Position numbers and translations under genes: made by a program. From the NCBI RefSeq assembly GCF_014637345.1, contig NZ_BMEX01000003.1:1-64000 (forward strand): a stretch of 64,000 nt of DNA, in the 5' to 3' direction. Source of the stretch: Kroppenstedtia guangzhouensis. Its GTDB lineage: Bacteria > Bacillota > Bacilli > Thermoactinomycetales > DSM-45169. This document shows positions 36,083 to 47,347 of the stretch, piece by piece; positions within the stretch are counted from its first letter, which is position 1, and each line of letters begins with the position of its first letter. The notes under the pieces are model-generated. The model was not told the origin of the DNA. It did not search any database and worked only from the letters and a program-made list of their open reading frames with translations.

Positions 36083-37366
36083 TCACAATCCCTCCAGCAG
36101 GGATGCAAACTCCGGAAAAGAGACATCGATGGCTTCGACCCGGGTCACAGTGGTTCTCCCTGCGGCGACCAAACCCGCCACTGCCATTGCCATCCCGATT
36201 CGGTGATCCCCGTGACTGTCACATGGGCCGCCGGTCAGGGGAGTTTTCCCTTCGATGACCAGACCATCATCCGTCTCCTCCACCCGTCCCCCCAACTTGC
36301 GCAGCTCCTGAGCAGTTGCAGCGATTCGATCACTCTCTTTCACCTTCAACTCCGCTGCATCCCGGATGACGGTATTACCGGCGGCCTGGGTGGCAGCCAC
36401 TGCCAGTACAGGGATCTCATCGATCAGGCGCGGAATCGTATCCCCTCCAATCTCCACTCCTGTCAAGGAACTGTGGGAAACCGTGACATCCCCTACCGGC
36501 TCCCCATTCCATTCTCCCGTCTGGATGATCTCCAGTTCACCGCCCATCTTTTGGAGGACATCCAAAATTCCCGTCCGGGTGGGATTGAGGCCCACGTCCC
36601 GGATCATCAGCCGGCTCCCGGGGACGATCAATGCCGCCACAATCAGAAAAGCCGCTGACGAGATATCTCCCGGCACACGGATTTCCCGGGCCCGCAAGAC
36701 TTGCCCTCCCGAAACCGACACGCCCTGGGAATCACAATCCACCTTTACTCCAAAAGCCCTCAACATCCGCTCCGTGTGATCCCGTGACAGAGCAGGTTCT
36801 TCCACCCGGGTCACCCCCTCTCCCTGCAACCCTGCCAACAGGAGAGAAGACTTCACCTGGGCACTGGCCACCTGACTACGGTAGGTGATCCCGGTGAGTT
36901 GACCTCCCCGCACAGACAGCGGAGTGAATGAGCCTTTGGAGCGACCGTCCACTCTGGCTCCCATCAGACGAAGGGGCTCCACCACCCGGTTCATCGGGCG
37001 GCGTCCGATCGATTCATCCCCCAAAACCGTAGCATGGAAGGGACGCCCCGCCAACACCCCAAGCATCAAGCGAATCGTCGTTCCTGAATTCCCCACATCC
37101 AGCACTGTCTCCGGCTCCCGTAGTCCTTCCCACCCTTGTCCCTCCACAGTCAATGTTTCAGAGCCGTCACGATGAATCTTCACTCCCATCCGCCGAAAGC
37201 ATTCAATGGTGCCAAGACAGTCCGCTCCGGGAAGAAAACCTTCCACCCGGCTTGTCCCTTCAGCAACAGCCCCCAACATCACCGCCCGGTGAGAAATCGA
37301 TTTATCCCCCGGGACCCGGATCTCCCCACGGAGATCCCTTCGCTCATGGATCTGTAACACTCCCAT
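36083..37366 (-). CDS. aroA: 3-phosphoshikimate 1-carboxyvinyltransferase (EPSP synthase).
   Basis: [11 protein letters not shown]...NSGTTIRLM is the EPSPS signature; start MGVLQIHER after GAGGGAGG. Confidence 0.9.
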   Translation of the reverse strand: MGVLQIHERRDLRGEIRVPGDKSISHRAVMLGAVAEGTSRVEGFLPGADCLGTIECFRRMGVKIHRDGSETLTVEGQGWEGLREPETVLDVGNSGTTIRLMLGVLAGRPFHATVLGDESIGRRPMNRVVEPLRLMGARVDGRSKGSFTPLSVRGGQLTGITYRSQVASAQVKSSLLLAGLQGEGVTRVEEPALSRDHTERMLRAFGVKVDCDSQGVSVSGGQVLRAREIRVPGDISSAAFLIVAALIVPGSRLMIRDVGLNPTRTGILDVLQKMGGELEIIQTGEWNGEPVGDVTVSHSSLTGVEIGGDTIPRLIDEIPVLAVAATQAAGNTVIRDAAELKVKESDRIAATAQELRKLGGRVEETDDGLVIEGKTPLTGGPCDSHGDHRIGMAMAVAGLVAAGRTTVTRVEAIDVSFPEFASLLEGL

Positions 37367-37382
37367 GCCCTCGCCTCCCTCT

Positions 37383-38492
37383 CTAATCCAAATCCGGATC
37401 AAACACCTGATAACCCGAGACCCTCAGACAGGCCACCGCCTTTTTCAACTCCTCTTCGTTATCAAAGACCAAACGGAGCACTCCTGCCCGGTCTTCACGG
37501 TTTTCCATCACTCCGATATTTCGGAGATTGATTTTCTTCTCCCCCAAGAGTTGAGCCACCCGGGCAATCTCCCCGGGAATGTCAGGGACATCCACAGTGC
37601 ATTCATATACGGGAGGAAGCACTCCCTTGCGTCCTTCGGGAAGCCCTTCCCGGGACTCCTTCGCCTTGCGAAAAAAAGCTTCAATCGCCCGGGCATCCCG
37701 ATCCTTGACTGCCGATCGGATCGCCTCCACCTCCCGTGCCCAGTCTTCCAGCAGTTCCAGCACACTCTCCCGGTTACTCAACAGAATATCCCGCCACATC
37801 ACCGGATGGCTGGCCGCCACTCGTGTCAGATCCCGAAAACCACCAGCGGCCAGACGATGAAACCATTCGTTGGAACTGTTGTAATCTGCCACCTGGTTCA
37901 CCAGAGATGCCGCCACTATGTGGGGAAGATGACTGATCGCCCCCACCACCCGATCATGATGTTCCGGGTTCATAATCACCAGCCGGGCCCGGGTGGCCCG
38001 CTCCAACAACCGGCTGAGCCGTTGCACTTCCGGCAACGGAGTTTCCGGTAACGGAGTCAACACATAATAGGCGTTTTCAAACAAGAGCGGTCGTGCGGCC
38101 TGCACTCCGGAACGGTGAGATCCGGCCATCGGGTGGCCTCCGATGAAGGTTCCCCGAAGGTTGACCAAGCTTTCGGCATATCGGACAATCTCCCCCTTGG
38201 TGCTGCCCACATCGGTGATGATACACCCCCGCTTGAGTGGGAGAGCCGCCAATTGTTTCAACAGGCGAGGGGCGGCTCCCACCGGAACGGCGAGAAAGAC
38301 CACATCGGCATCCTCCACCGCTGATTCCAGGCAAATGTGCCCCTTATGAATCAATCCAGCCGCTTTCGCCAGCGAAAGAGATTCCTTTGACGCGTCAAAA
38401 CCGTGGACTTCCAAGTGAGTCCGTTCCTTCAGGCAGAGAGCCAGGGAACCCCCGATCAAGCCGATCCCCAGCACCGCCGCTTTTTTCATCAT
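37383..38492 (-). CDS. tyrA: Prephenate dehydrogenase with a C-terminal ACT domain.
   Basis: Rossmann [12 protein letters not shown], the TyrA core and an ACT-like C-terminus. Confidence 0.9.
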   Translation of the reverse strand: MMKKAAVLGIGLIGGSLALCLKERTHLEVHGFDASKESLSLAKAAGLIHKGHICLESAVEDADVVFLAVPVGAAPRLLKQLAALPLKRGCIITDVGSTKGEIVRYAESLVNLRGTFIGGHPMAGSHRSGVQAARPLLFENAYYVLTPLPETPLPEVQRLSRLLERATRARLVIMNPEHHDRVVGAISHLPHIVAASLVNQVADYNSSNEWFHRLAAGGFRDLTRVAASHPVMWRDILLSNRESVLELLEDWAREVEAIRSAVKDRDARAIEAFFRKAKESREGLPEGRKGVLPPVYECTVDVPDIPGEIARVAQLLGEKKINLRNIGVMENREDRAGVLRLVFDNEEELKKAVACLRVSGYQVFDPDLD

Positions 38493-38493
38493 G

Positions 38494-39600
38494 TCATCCC
38501 CGTTCTCTGAAGGGTTTTTTCAGACAGGCGGCCAACTCTTTCAAAAACAGCCGATTCTGCTCTTCACTTCCAATCGTTACCCGAATGTGCGTCGGATAGC
38601 CCAGGGCCGCCCCCGACCGAATGATAATCCCTCGTTGGAGGAGTGCATGATACACCTCATCTGCAGAGCGGCCAGTGTCGATTAGCAGAAAATTGCCCTG
38701 GGTGGGAAAAGCGGACAGTCCCCAAAGATCCAACTGTGCTCGTATTTGCTCTTTTCCCTCCCGGTTGACCTGCTGACAGCGACGGACGAATTCCTGATCG
38801 GTGAGAGCTGCCCGAGCGGCCCGCTGCGCAATCCGATTAGTGTTAAAGGGCTCCCGCACCTTGTTCAGCTCTCCTACGATCGCCTCCGAGGTTACACCGT
38901 AGCCGATCCGGAAAGCGGCCAAACCGTAAATTTTAGAGAAAGTGCGCAACACCAACAATCGGGGATCTTTTTTCAAGAGGGACAATGAATCCGGATAGGA
39001 AGGCGCGTCCACATATTCAAAATAGGCCTCATCCACCACCACCAGAACATGTTCCGGCAGCCGCTTCAAAAACGCCTCCAATTCCTTTCCGGATACCATC
39101 GTTCCCGTCGGATTGTTGGGATTGCACACCCAAATCACCCGAGTCCGTTCAGTCACTGCAGCGGCCATTCCTTCCAGATCGTGCACCCCGTCCTTCAGGG
39201 GAACCTCCACCGGAATTCCCCCTTCGATCACCGTCTGAGTCTTGTATCGGGGGAAGGTGGCTTCAGCCATGATGGCTTCATCCCCCTTGTCCAGGTATGC
39301 CCTGGCGATCATCTGTACTATCTCGTCAGATCCATTCCCAAAAACCAGAGATCCCGGGTCCACCCTGAGACGTCGGGCCAACTCCTTCCGCAATTGTGGG
39401 GCCTCCCCTTCCGGATACAGGGAAGTGTAGGCCTGTTCTTCCCGCAAAGCCTCCCACACCTTGGGGGAACATCCAAAGGGATTCTCATTGGAGGCCAGCT
39501 TCACCACCTCAGACAACCCGAATTCCTGTTTTACTTCTTCCAGCGATTTCCCCGGCTGGTACACTGGTAAGTTCCGTAGGGCATATTTCGATTCCATCAA
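38494..39600 (-). CDS. hisC: Histidinol-phosphate aminotransferase.
   Basis: Class II aminotransferase (LASNENPFG, FSKIYGLAAFRIGY). Confidence 0.9.
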   Translation of the reverse strand: MMESKYALRNLPVYQPGKSLEEVKQEFGLSEVVKLASNENPFGCSPKVWEALREEQAYTSLYPEGEAPQLRKELARRLRVDPGSLVFGNGSDEIVQMIARAYLDKGDEAIMAEATFPRYKTQTVIEGGIPVEVPLKDGVHDLEGMAAAVTERTRVIWVCNPNNPTGTMVSGKELEAFLKRLPEHVLVVVDEAYFEYVDAPSYPDSLSLLKKDPRLLVLRTFSKIYGLAAFRIGYGVTSEAIVGELNKVREPFNTNRIAQRAARAALTDQEFVRRCQQVNREGKEQIRAQLDLWGLSAFPTQGNFLLIDTGRSADEVYHALLQRGIIIRSGAALGYPTHIRVTIGSEEQNRLFLKELAACLKKPFRERG

Positions 39601-39688
39601 GGCTCCTCCCCGTTCTTTTTCTCTCTATCTTACAATATTGCGGGTAAAAGAAAAATCCCGTGCCCGGTGCACACGGGATGGAAGTCGT

Positions 39689-40510
39689 TTATCCTTCATG
39701 GAATGGAACGGTCAGTGCCGTCAGATCACGAATAAACTCCCGGATCTCTGCCAAAGCCTGCCCCTTGCGATTGGAATCCTGCAACCGATCCTTTTTGGCT
39801 TCGATGAGCCGGATCAAAACACTTCCCACCACAACGGCATCCGCATGGTTGAGGAAATGTTGGACATGTTCGGCACGGGAAATCCCAAAGCCCACTGCCG
39901 TCGGCACCGGGCTGTACTCCCGCACCACATCGAGGAATCGGTCCACTCCCTCAGAAAAATGCTGCCGTATTCCAGTAGTTCCTAGGGAAGAGACACAGTA
40001 GACAAACCCTCTGGCATCAGAGACAATGCGGCGGATCCGCTCCCGGGAAGTGGGTGCCACCAGAGGAATCAGATCCACTCCACTTTTTGCGGCCAGGCTG
40101 GAAAACAATCTCCCTTCCTCCCAAGGGAGATCCGGGATAATCATCCCGGTCAGACCCGAAAACCGGGCCCTTTCCAAAAAATACTCCTCACCGAATCGAA
40201 GGATCGGGTTGTAATAGGAAAAAAGAACCAAAGGGGTTGTCACTCCGATTTCCCGGGCCGTCTGCACCAGTTCCAACACCCAGGTCAGTGTCACCCCTTG
40301 TGACAACGCACGTTCCGAGGCGGATTGGATCACCGGGCCGTCAGCCAGCGGATCGGAATAGGGCACTCCTAACTCAATGGCGGTCACCTTTTCCTCATCC
40401 AACAACCGGATTATATCCAGTGTTACCTCCAAGGAGGGATCCCCCGCCGTGATAAAAGGAATCAACGGAAGCCTGTCCCCGCTGCTGAAAGCTGCTTCAA
40501 TCCTCATCAC
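39689..40510 (-). CDS. trpA: Tryptophan synthase alpha chain.
   Basis: TrpA motifs ([23 protein letters not shown]). Confidence 0.9.
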   Translation of the reverse strand: MMRIEAAFSSGDRLPLIPFITAGDPSLEVTLDIIRLLDEEKVTAIELGVPYSDPLADGPVIQSASERALSQGVTLTWVLELVQTAREIGVTTPLVLFSYYNPILRFGEEYFLERARFSGLTGMIIPDLPWEEGRLFSSLAAKSGVDLIPLVAPTSRERIRRIVSDARGFVYCVSSLGTTGIRQHFSEGVDRFLDVVREYSPVPTAVGFGISRAEHVQHFLNHADAVVVGSVLIRLIEAKKDRLQDSNRKGQALAEIREFIRDLTALTVPFHEG

Positions 40511-41715
40511 AATCCCTCCAGACCCTGCCGAATCGAATCTACATCTTTATCTCCCCTGCCCGACAGACAGATCACCACGATCGAATCGGGATTTCCCTTC
40601 TTCGCCAACTTGATCGCCTCGGCAACGCCATGAGCCGATTCCAAAGCCGGCAAAATTCCTTCCGTCCGGCAGAGCAGACGGACCGCTTCCAGGGCTTCCC
40701 CATCCTCCGCCGTGGTGTAACGAACGCGCCCCTTCTCCTTCAGATAAGCGTGTTCCGGTCCCACTCCCGGATAATCAAGACCCGCAGAGATCGAATGGGC
40801 GGGCAAAATCTGGCCGTGTTCATCCTGCAGCACGTAGGTGAGGGAACCGTGAATCACCCCCGGCGACCCCATCGTCAGCGTGGCTGCATGATGGTCGGTG
40901 GTGACCCCCTCTCCCGCCGCTTCCACACCGTGCAGGCGGACCGAAGGATCCTCCAGAAAAGCGGTAAACATCCCGATGGCATTGGAACCACCCCCGACGC
41001 AAGCCACCACCTCATCAGGAAGGCGCCCTTCCCTTTCCAATATCTGACTCCGGGTTTCATCTCCAATCACCCGTTGAAAATTGCGCACCATCTCAGGATA
41101 GGGGTGCGGACCGACGACCGATCCGATCAGATAGAAGGTATCCTCCACATGGGAGACCCAATGGCGGATCGCTTCATTGGTGGCATCCTTCAGCGTACGG
41201 GTACCCGAAGTGACGGGAATCACCTTCGCCCCCAACAGCTCCATGCGGAACACATTCAGTTGTTGCCGGCGAACATCCTCCTCCCCCATAAACACTTTGC
41301 ACTCCATCCCCAGGAGAGCTGCCACCGTGGCTGAGGCCACCCCGTGTTGACCGGCACCGGTCTCCGCGATCAGCTTCCGCTTCCCCATCCGCTTGGCCAG
41401 CAATCCTTGCCCCAGGGTGTTGTTAATCTTGTGGGCACCTGTGTGATTCAGATCTTCCCGCTTCAGATAGATGCGGGCCCCTCCCGTCAGCTCGGTCAGA
41501 CCTTGTGCCAGAGTCAGCGGAGTCGGCCTCCCGGAATATTCCTTCAGGAGGCCTTTCAACTCCTCCTGGAACTTTGCATCCGCCAACGCGGACCGGTACC
41601 CTGTCTCTAATTCAGCCAACGCCGTCATCAATGTCTCGGGGACAAACCGTCCCCCGAAATTGCCGAACCGGCCTAAGGGATCTGCCGATCGGGATTCAAT
41701 GGACTTGACGGTCAT
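40507..41715 (-). CDS. trpB: Tryptophan synthase beta chain.
   Basis: PLP site ...HTGAHKINN...; highly conserved TrpB; 4-nt overlap with trpA. Confidence 0.95.
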   Translation of the reverse strand: MTVKSIESRSADPLGRFGNFGGRFVPETLMTALAELETGYRSALADAKFQEELKGLLKEYSGRPTPLTLAQGLTELTGGARIYLKREDLNHTGAHKINNTLGQGLLAKRMGKRKLIAETGAGQHGVASATVAALLGMECKVFMGEEDVRRQQLNVFRMELLGAKVIPVTSGTRTLKDATNEAIRHWVSHVEDTFYLIGSVVGPHPYPEMVRNFQRVIGDETRSQILEREGRLPDEVVACVGGGSNAIGMFTAFLEDPSVRLHGVEAAGEGVTTDHHAATLTMGSPGVIHGSLTYVLQDEHGQILPAHSISAGLDYPGVGPEHAYLKEKGRVRYTTAEDGEALEAVRLLCRTEGILPALESAHGVAEAIKLAKKGNPDSIVVICLSGRGDKDVDSIRQGLEGL

Positions 41716-42343
41716 ATTGCCTCACCCTCTCTACAAAGGCACTGATTTTTTTCCGATCTTTCCTTCCTCCCGTCTCTACCCCGCTGGAGACATCCACTCC
41801 ATCCGGAGCATACCCTTTCAACAGCGAATCCACATTGCCGGGGGAAAGTCCTCCCGCCACCCAAACCGGGAGCTTCCACCTCCTCCATCGTTCTTTTTCC
41901 CCAGGAATCCGTTCCCAGGGAAAGACCCTGCCCGTCCCCCCCGACGAAGAATCGAGCAGGACAGCATCAATCTGGGAAGCATAATCACCGGGGGAGACGG
42001 GAGATCTTTTTCCCATGTGAAACACCTTCACCACGCGAATCTTCACCTTCTCCTTCAGCCACTCGCAGAACTCCGGTGACTCCTCCCCGTGAAGCTGGAT
42101 CAAGTCCAGGGGAACCCGATCCAACACGGACAACAATTCTTTTGGGGTCGGATTGACGAATACTCCTATCTTCAGCACATCCCGGGGGAGGTGAGCGGCG
42201 ATGGCCGTCCCTTGTTCAAGGGTCACCCGACGACGGCGGCCGGGGACGAAAATCATCCCGGCGGCGGAGACATCAAGCCCTTTCAATTTCTCGGCATCCT
42301 CCGGTGAACACAGGCCGCACACTTTGACAAAAGTGGTCCTCAT
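41696..42343 (-). CDS. trpF: Phosphoribosylanthranilate isomerase.
   Basis: PRAI fold (VKVCGL..., IQLHGEE). Confidence 0.85.
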   Translation of the reverse strand: MRTTFVKVCGLCSPEDAEKLKGLDVSAAGMIFVPGRRRRVTLEQGTAIAAHLPRDVLKIGVFVNPTPKELLSVLDRVPLDLIQLHGEESPEFCEWLKEKVKIRVVKVFHMGKRSPVSPGDYASQIDAVLLDSSSGGTGRVFPWERIPGEKERWRRWKLPVWVAGGLSPGNVDSLLKGYAPDGVDVSSGVETGGRKDRKKISAFVERVRQYDRQVH

Positions 42344-43125
42344 GCTCGGACACCCGCTGTCAAATTTTCCACCGCCTCCCGGGGAGAGGCGTGGCGCATC
42401 AGATATTCCCCCACCAGGATGCCGTCCACACCTGCCCGGGCCAATCGTTGAAAATCCTCCCGGGAGTGAACCCCACTCTCCCCGATCACCGGAATACCGG
42501 CAGGAACCCGGCCCCGCAACCTCTCCGTGACCGACAAGTCCGTCTCAAAAGTGTGCAGGTTCCGGTTATTGATTCCCAATATATCAGGACCTGCCGCCAA
42601 CGTTCGCTCCAACTCCTCTTCCCCATGGACTTCCGCCAGCACCTCCAAACCGAGGACATGGGCCTCCCGGATGAGCTTTCTCATCTCTTCTGCAGACAAC
42701 ATTGCGGCAATCAGCAATACCACATCAGCCCCTGCCAGCCGGCTCTCCACCAATTGCAGCGGATCCAGGATAAAATCCTTCCGCAGAACAGGAAGCCGGA
42801 CGCTCTCTTTCACCTGGATCAGGTTGGCCAAGCTCCCTTTGAAGTACGTCTTTTCCGTCAACACCGAAACCGCTGACGCGCCCCCGGCCTCATACTCCCG
42901 GGCTGTCACCGCCGGATCCACATCCAGGCGGATATCCCCTTTGGAAGGGGATGCCGGCTTCACCTCAGCAATCAGTGCCGGAGGGGAAGCTTGCTTTCCC
43001 AGGGCTGTCACCAATGAACAGACTGGTGGCAGATGGCGGGCCTCCCGATATTCCCTCTCCCCCAAACGCCCCTTCAGCGCTTGAATCTCTTCTTTCTTTC
43101 CATCCACGATCTGTTCAAGAAACAT
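42340..43125 (-). CDS. trpC: Indole-3-glycerol phosphate synthase.
   Basis: Start MFLEQIVDGKKEEI; IGPS motifs (LIAEVKPASPSKG, RKDFILD, GINNRNL). Confidence 0.9.
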   Translation of the reverse strand: MFLEQIVDGKKEEIQALKGRLGEREYREARHLPPVCSLVTALGKQASPPALIAEVKPASPSKGDIRLDVDPAVTAREYEAGGASAVSVLTEKTYFKGSLANLIQVKESVRLPVLRKDFILDPLQLVESRLAGADVVLLIAAMLSAEEMRKLIREAHVLGLEVLAEVHGEEELERTLAAGPDILGINNRNLHTFETDLSVTERLRGRVPAGIPVIGESGVHSREDFQRLARAGVDGILVGEYLMRHASPREAVENLTAGVRA

Positions 43126-44161
43126 GGGAAACCTCCGCTCCTCTCCGTGCTGCCATCTCCTCCAACTTGGCCTGTGCCCGTCCCTCATCCACGGTTTCCC
43201 TGGCGAGATGGATGCCTTCCTGCAAGCAGCCCGACAGACCGGCGATAGTGAGCACCGCCCCGGCATTGGCCAGGACCACATCCCGGCGGGGTCCCGGCTT
43301 CCCCTGAAAAATTTCGCGGATGATCCGTGCATTGACGACGGCATCTCCCCCCGACAGCTCCGTGGGATGGCACCGCTTCAGGCCCACTTCCTCCGGTGTG
43401 ATTCGATAAGTGTGAACCTTGCCGTCGCGGATTTCACTCACCTGTGTTTCTCCCGTGAGGGTAATCTCGTCCACTCCGTCCAAGCCGGACACCACCATGA
43501 CCCGCTCCGATCCCAGAGAGAGGAGGACCCGTGCCAAAGTTTCCGTCAACCCGGGATCAAACACTCCCACCAGCTGTCGCCGGACTCCCGCCGGGTTGGC
43601 CAAAGGTCCGGCCAGATTGAAACAGGTGCGAAACCCCAGTTCCTTCCGGATCGGCATCACCTGTTTCATCGCCTGGTGGAACAAGGGAGCGAACAGAAAA
43701 CAGATTCCAGTCTCCGCTAATGTCTGCTCCGCTTCTTCCAAAGTGAGTTGAATCCCCACCCCCAGTGCTTCCAGAACATCGGCACTGCCGCTCTTCCCGG
43801 AGACGGCCCGGTTTCCGTGTTTGGCCACCGGAACACCGGCAGCGGCGGCCACGATGGCGGCAGCGGTGGAAATATTGAAGGTTTTGCCCCCATCACCTCC
43901 GGTACCACAGGTATCCACCGCTTCTGGAGGGACAGCGGTTAGTTGCTGTGCCCTGGCTCGCATGGAAGCGGCCATCCCCGCCAATTCCTCCACCGTCTCC
44001 CCCTTGATCCGCAAGGCCGTCAACACTGCAGCCACCTGCGCCGGAGGGAGTTTCCCCTCCATCATCGCCCCCATCAATGTCTCTGATTCGGCACGATTCA
44101 AATCTTCGTTTGCCATCAGCTTCGCTAAGCTCCGCTCCACCATGCTCCGCTCTCCTTTCAT
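43115..44161 (-). CDS. trpD: Anthranilate phosphoribosyltransferase.
   Basis: ATGA-type overlap with the trpE stop; the GTGGDG motif is present. Confidence 0.9.
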   Translation of the reverse strand: MKGERSMVERSLAKLMANEDLNRAESETLMGAMMEGKLPPAQVAAVLTALRIKGETVEELAGMAASMRARAQQLTAVPPEAVDTCGTGGDGGKTFNISTAAAIVAAAAGVPVAKHGNRAVSGKSGSADVLEALGVGIQLTLEEAEQTLAETGICFLFAPLFHQAMKQVMPIRKELGFRTCFNLAGPLANPAGVRRQLVGVFDPGLTETLARVLLSLGSERVMVVSGLDGVDEITLTGETQVSEIRDGKVHTYRITPEEVGLKRCHPTELSGGDAVVNARIIREIFQGKPGPRRDVVLANAGAVLTIAGLSGCLQEGIHLARETVDEGRAQAKLEEMAARRGAEVSHVS

Positions 44162-45666
44162 CGCACCGGGGTGAATAACTGCTCCGCAAGGGTAAGGGCG
44201 CGGATCAATCCCCGGGCTTTGTTTCTGGACTCCTCGTACTCTCTTTCCGGAACCGAATCGGCCACCACCCCGGCTCCGGCCTGAATATAGGCAGAACCTT
44301 TCCAAAAATGGATCGTCCGGATAGTGATGCAACTGTCCAAGCTGCCATTGAAACCGAAATATCCGATAGCCCCGGCATAAATCCCCCGACTCTCCGGTTC
44401 CAGCTCGGCAATCCGTTCCATCGCCCGGATTTTGGGTGCACCGGAGACAGTTCCTGCAGGAAAACAGGCCAGAAAACCGTCCAAAGGATCCACCCCCTCT
44501 TTCAGTTCCCCTGTGACATGGGAGACCAAATGCATCACATGGGAGTAATGTTCCACGGCCATCTCCTCCGTCACCTGGACTGATCCGTATTTGGAAACTT
44601 TACCTAGATCATTCCGACTCAGATCCACCAGCATGACATGCTCCGCCCGTTCTTTCTCGTCCTGCATCAACTCAGCGGCCAAAGCTGCATCCTCTGCAGC
44701 ATCTTTACCCCGGGGACGGGTCCCGGCGATGGGACGTGTCTCAATTTTTCCGTCACTTACCCGGACCAGCAATTCCGGGGACGCACCCACCACCTCCTCA
44801 TCTCCCAGGGAGAGACAATACATGTAAGGAGATGGATTGAGCAAGCGCAGGACGCGATACACTTCCCGGGCCGGGGGTGGATTTCTCCACTCCCATCGCT
44901 GGGAGGGCACCACCTGAAAGAGATCCCCCTTCCGGATATATTCCTGAGCCCTGACTACCCGGTCACAGTACGCTTCTTTTCCTAAATTGGAAACCACCCG
45001 ATCAAAATCCGCCGCACTGCCTTCCACCACCGACGGCAATGATGCAATGGGAAACTTCCCTCCTGTCAACTCCTCCTTCCACCGATCCAGCTCTGCCAAA
45101 GTCTCCTCATAAGCGCGATCAAGCGCCTCTGCCTCCATCCCAGGTTCCACATGCAGATTGATCACGAGGACCCACTCCTGCCGTAAGTGGTCCACAATGA
45201 TCAGCCGATCGAAAAACATCAGATGAAGATCCCTGGAGCTGGGAGGCTCCTTGCGGGGGAGGATCGGTTCCTTCAGTGCAACCGCTTCATAACCTACGTA
45301 ACCGACCGCCCCACCCAAAAACGGCGGATAACCGGAATATCGGGGAGAGCGGTACCTTCGGAGGAGTTCTTTCGCCATTTGGAAGGGATCCTCCGCTTCA
45401 AACCTTCGTACTCTTCCATCTTCCGTGATTGTCACACGATTGCCTATGCTTTGAAACACAAGGAAGGGATCTGATCCGATAAATGAATAGCGACCCCATC
45501 GTCCCTTGCTTTCAGCACTTTCCAACAAAAAGGAATAAGGTCGCTTTCCCAACCGTCGGTACAGGCTGATGGGTGTCTCCATATCGGCAAATACCGTTTT
45601 GCAAACAGGAATGCTTGAAAAGTGACGGGCATAGTCCCGCACTTCATCCAGAGTGGGGGTATACAC
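44158..45666 (-). CDS. trpE: Anthranilate synthase component I.
   Basis: GTG start with RBS AAGGAGGGAG 8 nt upstream; chorismate-binding family motifs (GAGVVADS, PKIRAME). Confidence 0.9.
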   Translation of the reverse strand: MYTPTLDEVRDYARHFSSIPVCKTVFADMETPISLYRRLGKRPYSFLLESAESKGRWGRYSFIGSDPFLVFQSIGNRVTITEDGRVRRFEAEDPFQMAKELLRRYRSPRYSGYPPFLGGAVGYVGYEAVALKEPILPRKEPPSSRDLHLMFFDRLIIVDHLRQEWVLVINLHVEPGMEAEALDRAYEETLAELDRWKEELTGGKFPIASLPSVVEGSAADFDRVVSNLGKEAYCDRVVRAQEYIRKGDLFQVVPSQRWEWRNPPPAREVYRVLRLLNPSPYMYCLSLGDEEVVGASPELLVRVSDGKIETRPIAGTRPRGKDAAEDAALAAELMQDEKERAEHVMLVDLSRNDLGKVSKYGSVQVTEEMAVEHYSHVMHLVSHVTGELKEGVDPLDGFLACFPAGTVSGAPKIRAMERIAELEPESRGIYAGAIGYFGFNGSLDSCITIRTIHFWKGSAYIQAGAGVVADSVPEREYEESRNKARGLIRALTLAEQLFTPVR

Positions 45667-45710
45667 AGATAAGGCTCCCTCCTTTAGGTGGAGATCTGTT
45701 GGAGCCAGAG

Positions 45711-45752
45711 GAAAAAGGGGAAAGAAAAAGACCGAAGCACAGTGGCTCCGGT
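45711..45752 (-). terminator. trp leader attenuator: stem ACCGGAGC-cactgt-GCTTCGGT followed by CTTTTTCTTTCCCCTTTTT.
   Basis: Lies between the GAG-repeat array and the trpE RBS, exactly where B. subtilis has its attenuator. Confidence 0.6.
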
Positions 45753-45765
45753 CGGGGTTTCCGTA

Positions 45766-45833
45766 CACTCCCGCTCGGCTCTCCTCTGCTCATCTCGTCT
45801 CATCTCATCTCTGATCCTCATCTCTGCTCTCGG
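45766..45833 (-). promoter_or_regulatory. TRAP-binding site: 11-12 GAG triplets separated mostly by 2-nt spacers in the trp leader RNA.
   Basis: Minus-strand read GAGagcaGAGatGAGgatcaGAGatGAGatGAGacGAGatGAGcaGAGgaGAGccGAGcg. mtrB (TRAP) is encoded at 53353-53580. Confidence 0.7.
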
Positions 45834-45842
45834 CTTATTCCT

Positions 45843-45871
45843 ACTTTACTGAAGAGAAGGGTTGGTGTCAA
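45843..45871 (-). promoter_or_regulatory. trp operon promoter TTGACA-N17-TAAAGT.
   Basis: Consensus -35 and a reasonable -10, 10 nt downstream of the aroH stop and immediately upstream of the GAG array. Confidence 0.45.
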
Positions 45872-45881
45872 CCATGGAAAC

Positions 45882-46250
45882 CTACTGATCCGTCAAGTCC
45901 GGACGCAGTTGCCGGGCATCACGCAGATAAACGTGCCGGATTCTGGAAGGATCCCGGTCGGTGTTGGCAAGGACCAGCAGGCGGATGCATTTTTGCAAAG
46001 CACCGGGTACATCCACCTCGGTGGCACACATTAGCGGGACTTGTTTCCAGCCAGGCAGAGTCCGAATCCCACGGGCTGGAAAAGTGGCATTCAAATCGGG
46101 ACTCATCGTGACAAATACACTGGCGATATCCTCGGGACAAACCCTGTTTCTCTCCACCACCACTTCCAACAATTCCCGGGTGGCTTCCAGGATCGCTCCC
46201 TCTTCGTTATCGGAAACCGTCGTCGCTCCCCGAATCCCACGCAGGCTCAT
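45882..46250 (-). CDS. aroH: Chorismate mutase, AroH class.
   Basis: (M)SLRGIRGATTV... matches the monofunctional AroH fold of B. subtilis (~120 aa). Confidence 0.85.
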   Translation of the reverse strand: MSLRGIRGATTVSDNEEGAILEATRELLEVVVERNRVCPEDIASVFVTMSPDLNATFPARGIRTLPGWKQVPLMCATEVDVPGALQKCIRLLVLANTDRDPSRIRHVYLRDARQLRPDLTDQ

Positions 46251-47347
46251 CCCGCTTCTCCTCCTCTCAGCCGGTTGAGTGCCCGGCGGATTACAGACTC
46301 CTCCAACCCGTCCACCATGTCCACTCGGCCGATACCCCGGGGAAGCGCAAAGGTGAGCTTCCCTTTTCTCACCTTTTTATCCCGGCGCATTCTCTCTAGG
46401 AGCTCCTCATCGGTGAGCTCTAAGGTGAGGCGGGTCGGAAGACCGAAGGCGGACAACAGACGGGCGATCCGCTCTGACACCGGGGGACAGAGCCCCGACT
46501 CTTCTGCTAACATCGCTTCACCCACCATTCCGAGCGCCACCGCTTCCCCGTGGGTCAAACTGCCATATCCCGCCGCTGCCTCCAAGGCGTGACCGATGGT
46601 GTGACCATAGTTGAGGATCGCCCGCAACCCGGATTCCTTCTCATCTTGGGACACCACTTCCGCTTTGACGGCACATCCTTTCCAAATCGCTTCTGAAACG
46701 GATTCCGGGTCCAACCGTTTCAGGTCCTCCACCTGCCTCTCCAACCAGCGAACAAAACCCACATCCCGGATCAGGGCATGTTTCACCACTTCGGCATAAC
46801 CTGAAGCCACTTCCCGCTCCGGCAGTGTGTGCAATGTTTCCACATCAAACACTACCATCGAGGGTTGATGAAAGGCGCCGATCATATTTTTCCCGAGGGG
46901 GTGGTTCACCCCCACCTTCCCACCCACACTGCTGTCATGGGCCAAAAGGGTGGTCGGCAACTGAACAAAGGGGATTCCCCGCATATAGGAAGCGGCCAAA
47001 AAGCCGGCCAAATCACCCACCACCCCACCGCCCAGGGCCAGGATGGCGCCAGTTCGGTCCAGTCCGGCCCGGATGCAATCCCCTGCCATCTCTTCTAACA
47101 ATGATAATCTCTTGGAACTTTCCCCCGCTGGGATCGTGAGATACCCCACCTGAAAGCCATGATCGGTCAAATCCCTTTTTACATCCTTTCCATAAAGGGC
47201 GCCCACCTGATCATCCGTCACCAACATCAACGGGCGTCTCCTGCTCCAGCCGATCTCCCGCAGCAAATCCGGCAGGCGACCGTGCAACCCGGAACCGATA
47301 TGGATGGGATAGCTTCGTTTTCCAATCTGAACATGAAGTGTCTTCAT
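46247..47347 (-). CDS. aroB: 3-dehydroquinate synthase.
   Basis: Start [18 protein letters not shown]; NAD and metal-binding motifs (GGGVVGDLAGF, HxxGH). Confidence 0.9.
   Translation of the reverse strand: MKTLHVQIGKRSYPIHIGSGLHGRLPDLLREIGWSRRRPLMLVTDDQVGALYGKDVKRDLTDHGFQVGYLTIPAGESSKRLSLLEEMAGDCIRAGLDRTGAILALGGGVVGDLAGFLAASYMRGIPFVQLPTTLLAHDSSVGGKVGVNHPLGKNMIGAFHQPSMVVFDVETLHTLPEREVASGYAEVVKHALIRDVGFVRWLERQVEDLKRLDPESVSEAIWKGCAVKAEVVSQDEKESGLRAILNYGHTIGHALEAAAGYGSLTHGEAVALGMVGEAMLAEESGLCPPVSERIARLLSAFGLPTRLTLELTDEELLERMRRDKKVRKGKLTFALPRGIGRVDMVDGLEESVIRRALNRLRGGEAG

Noticed and set aside
45766-45833. Tandem CTC/GAG short repeats, initially considered as a microsatellite or CRISPR-like array.
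   Set aside because: The repeat unit is 5 nt (a triplet plus 2-nt spacer) with no unique spacers. It lies in the trp leader and matches a TRAP binding site.
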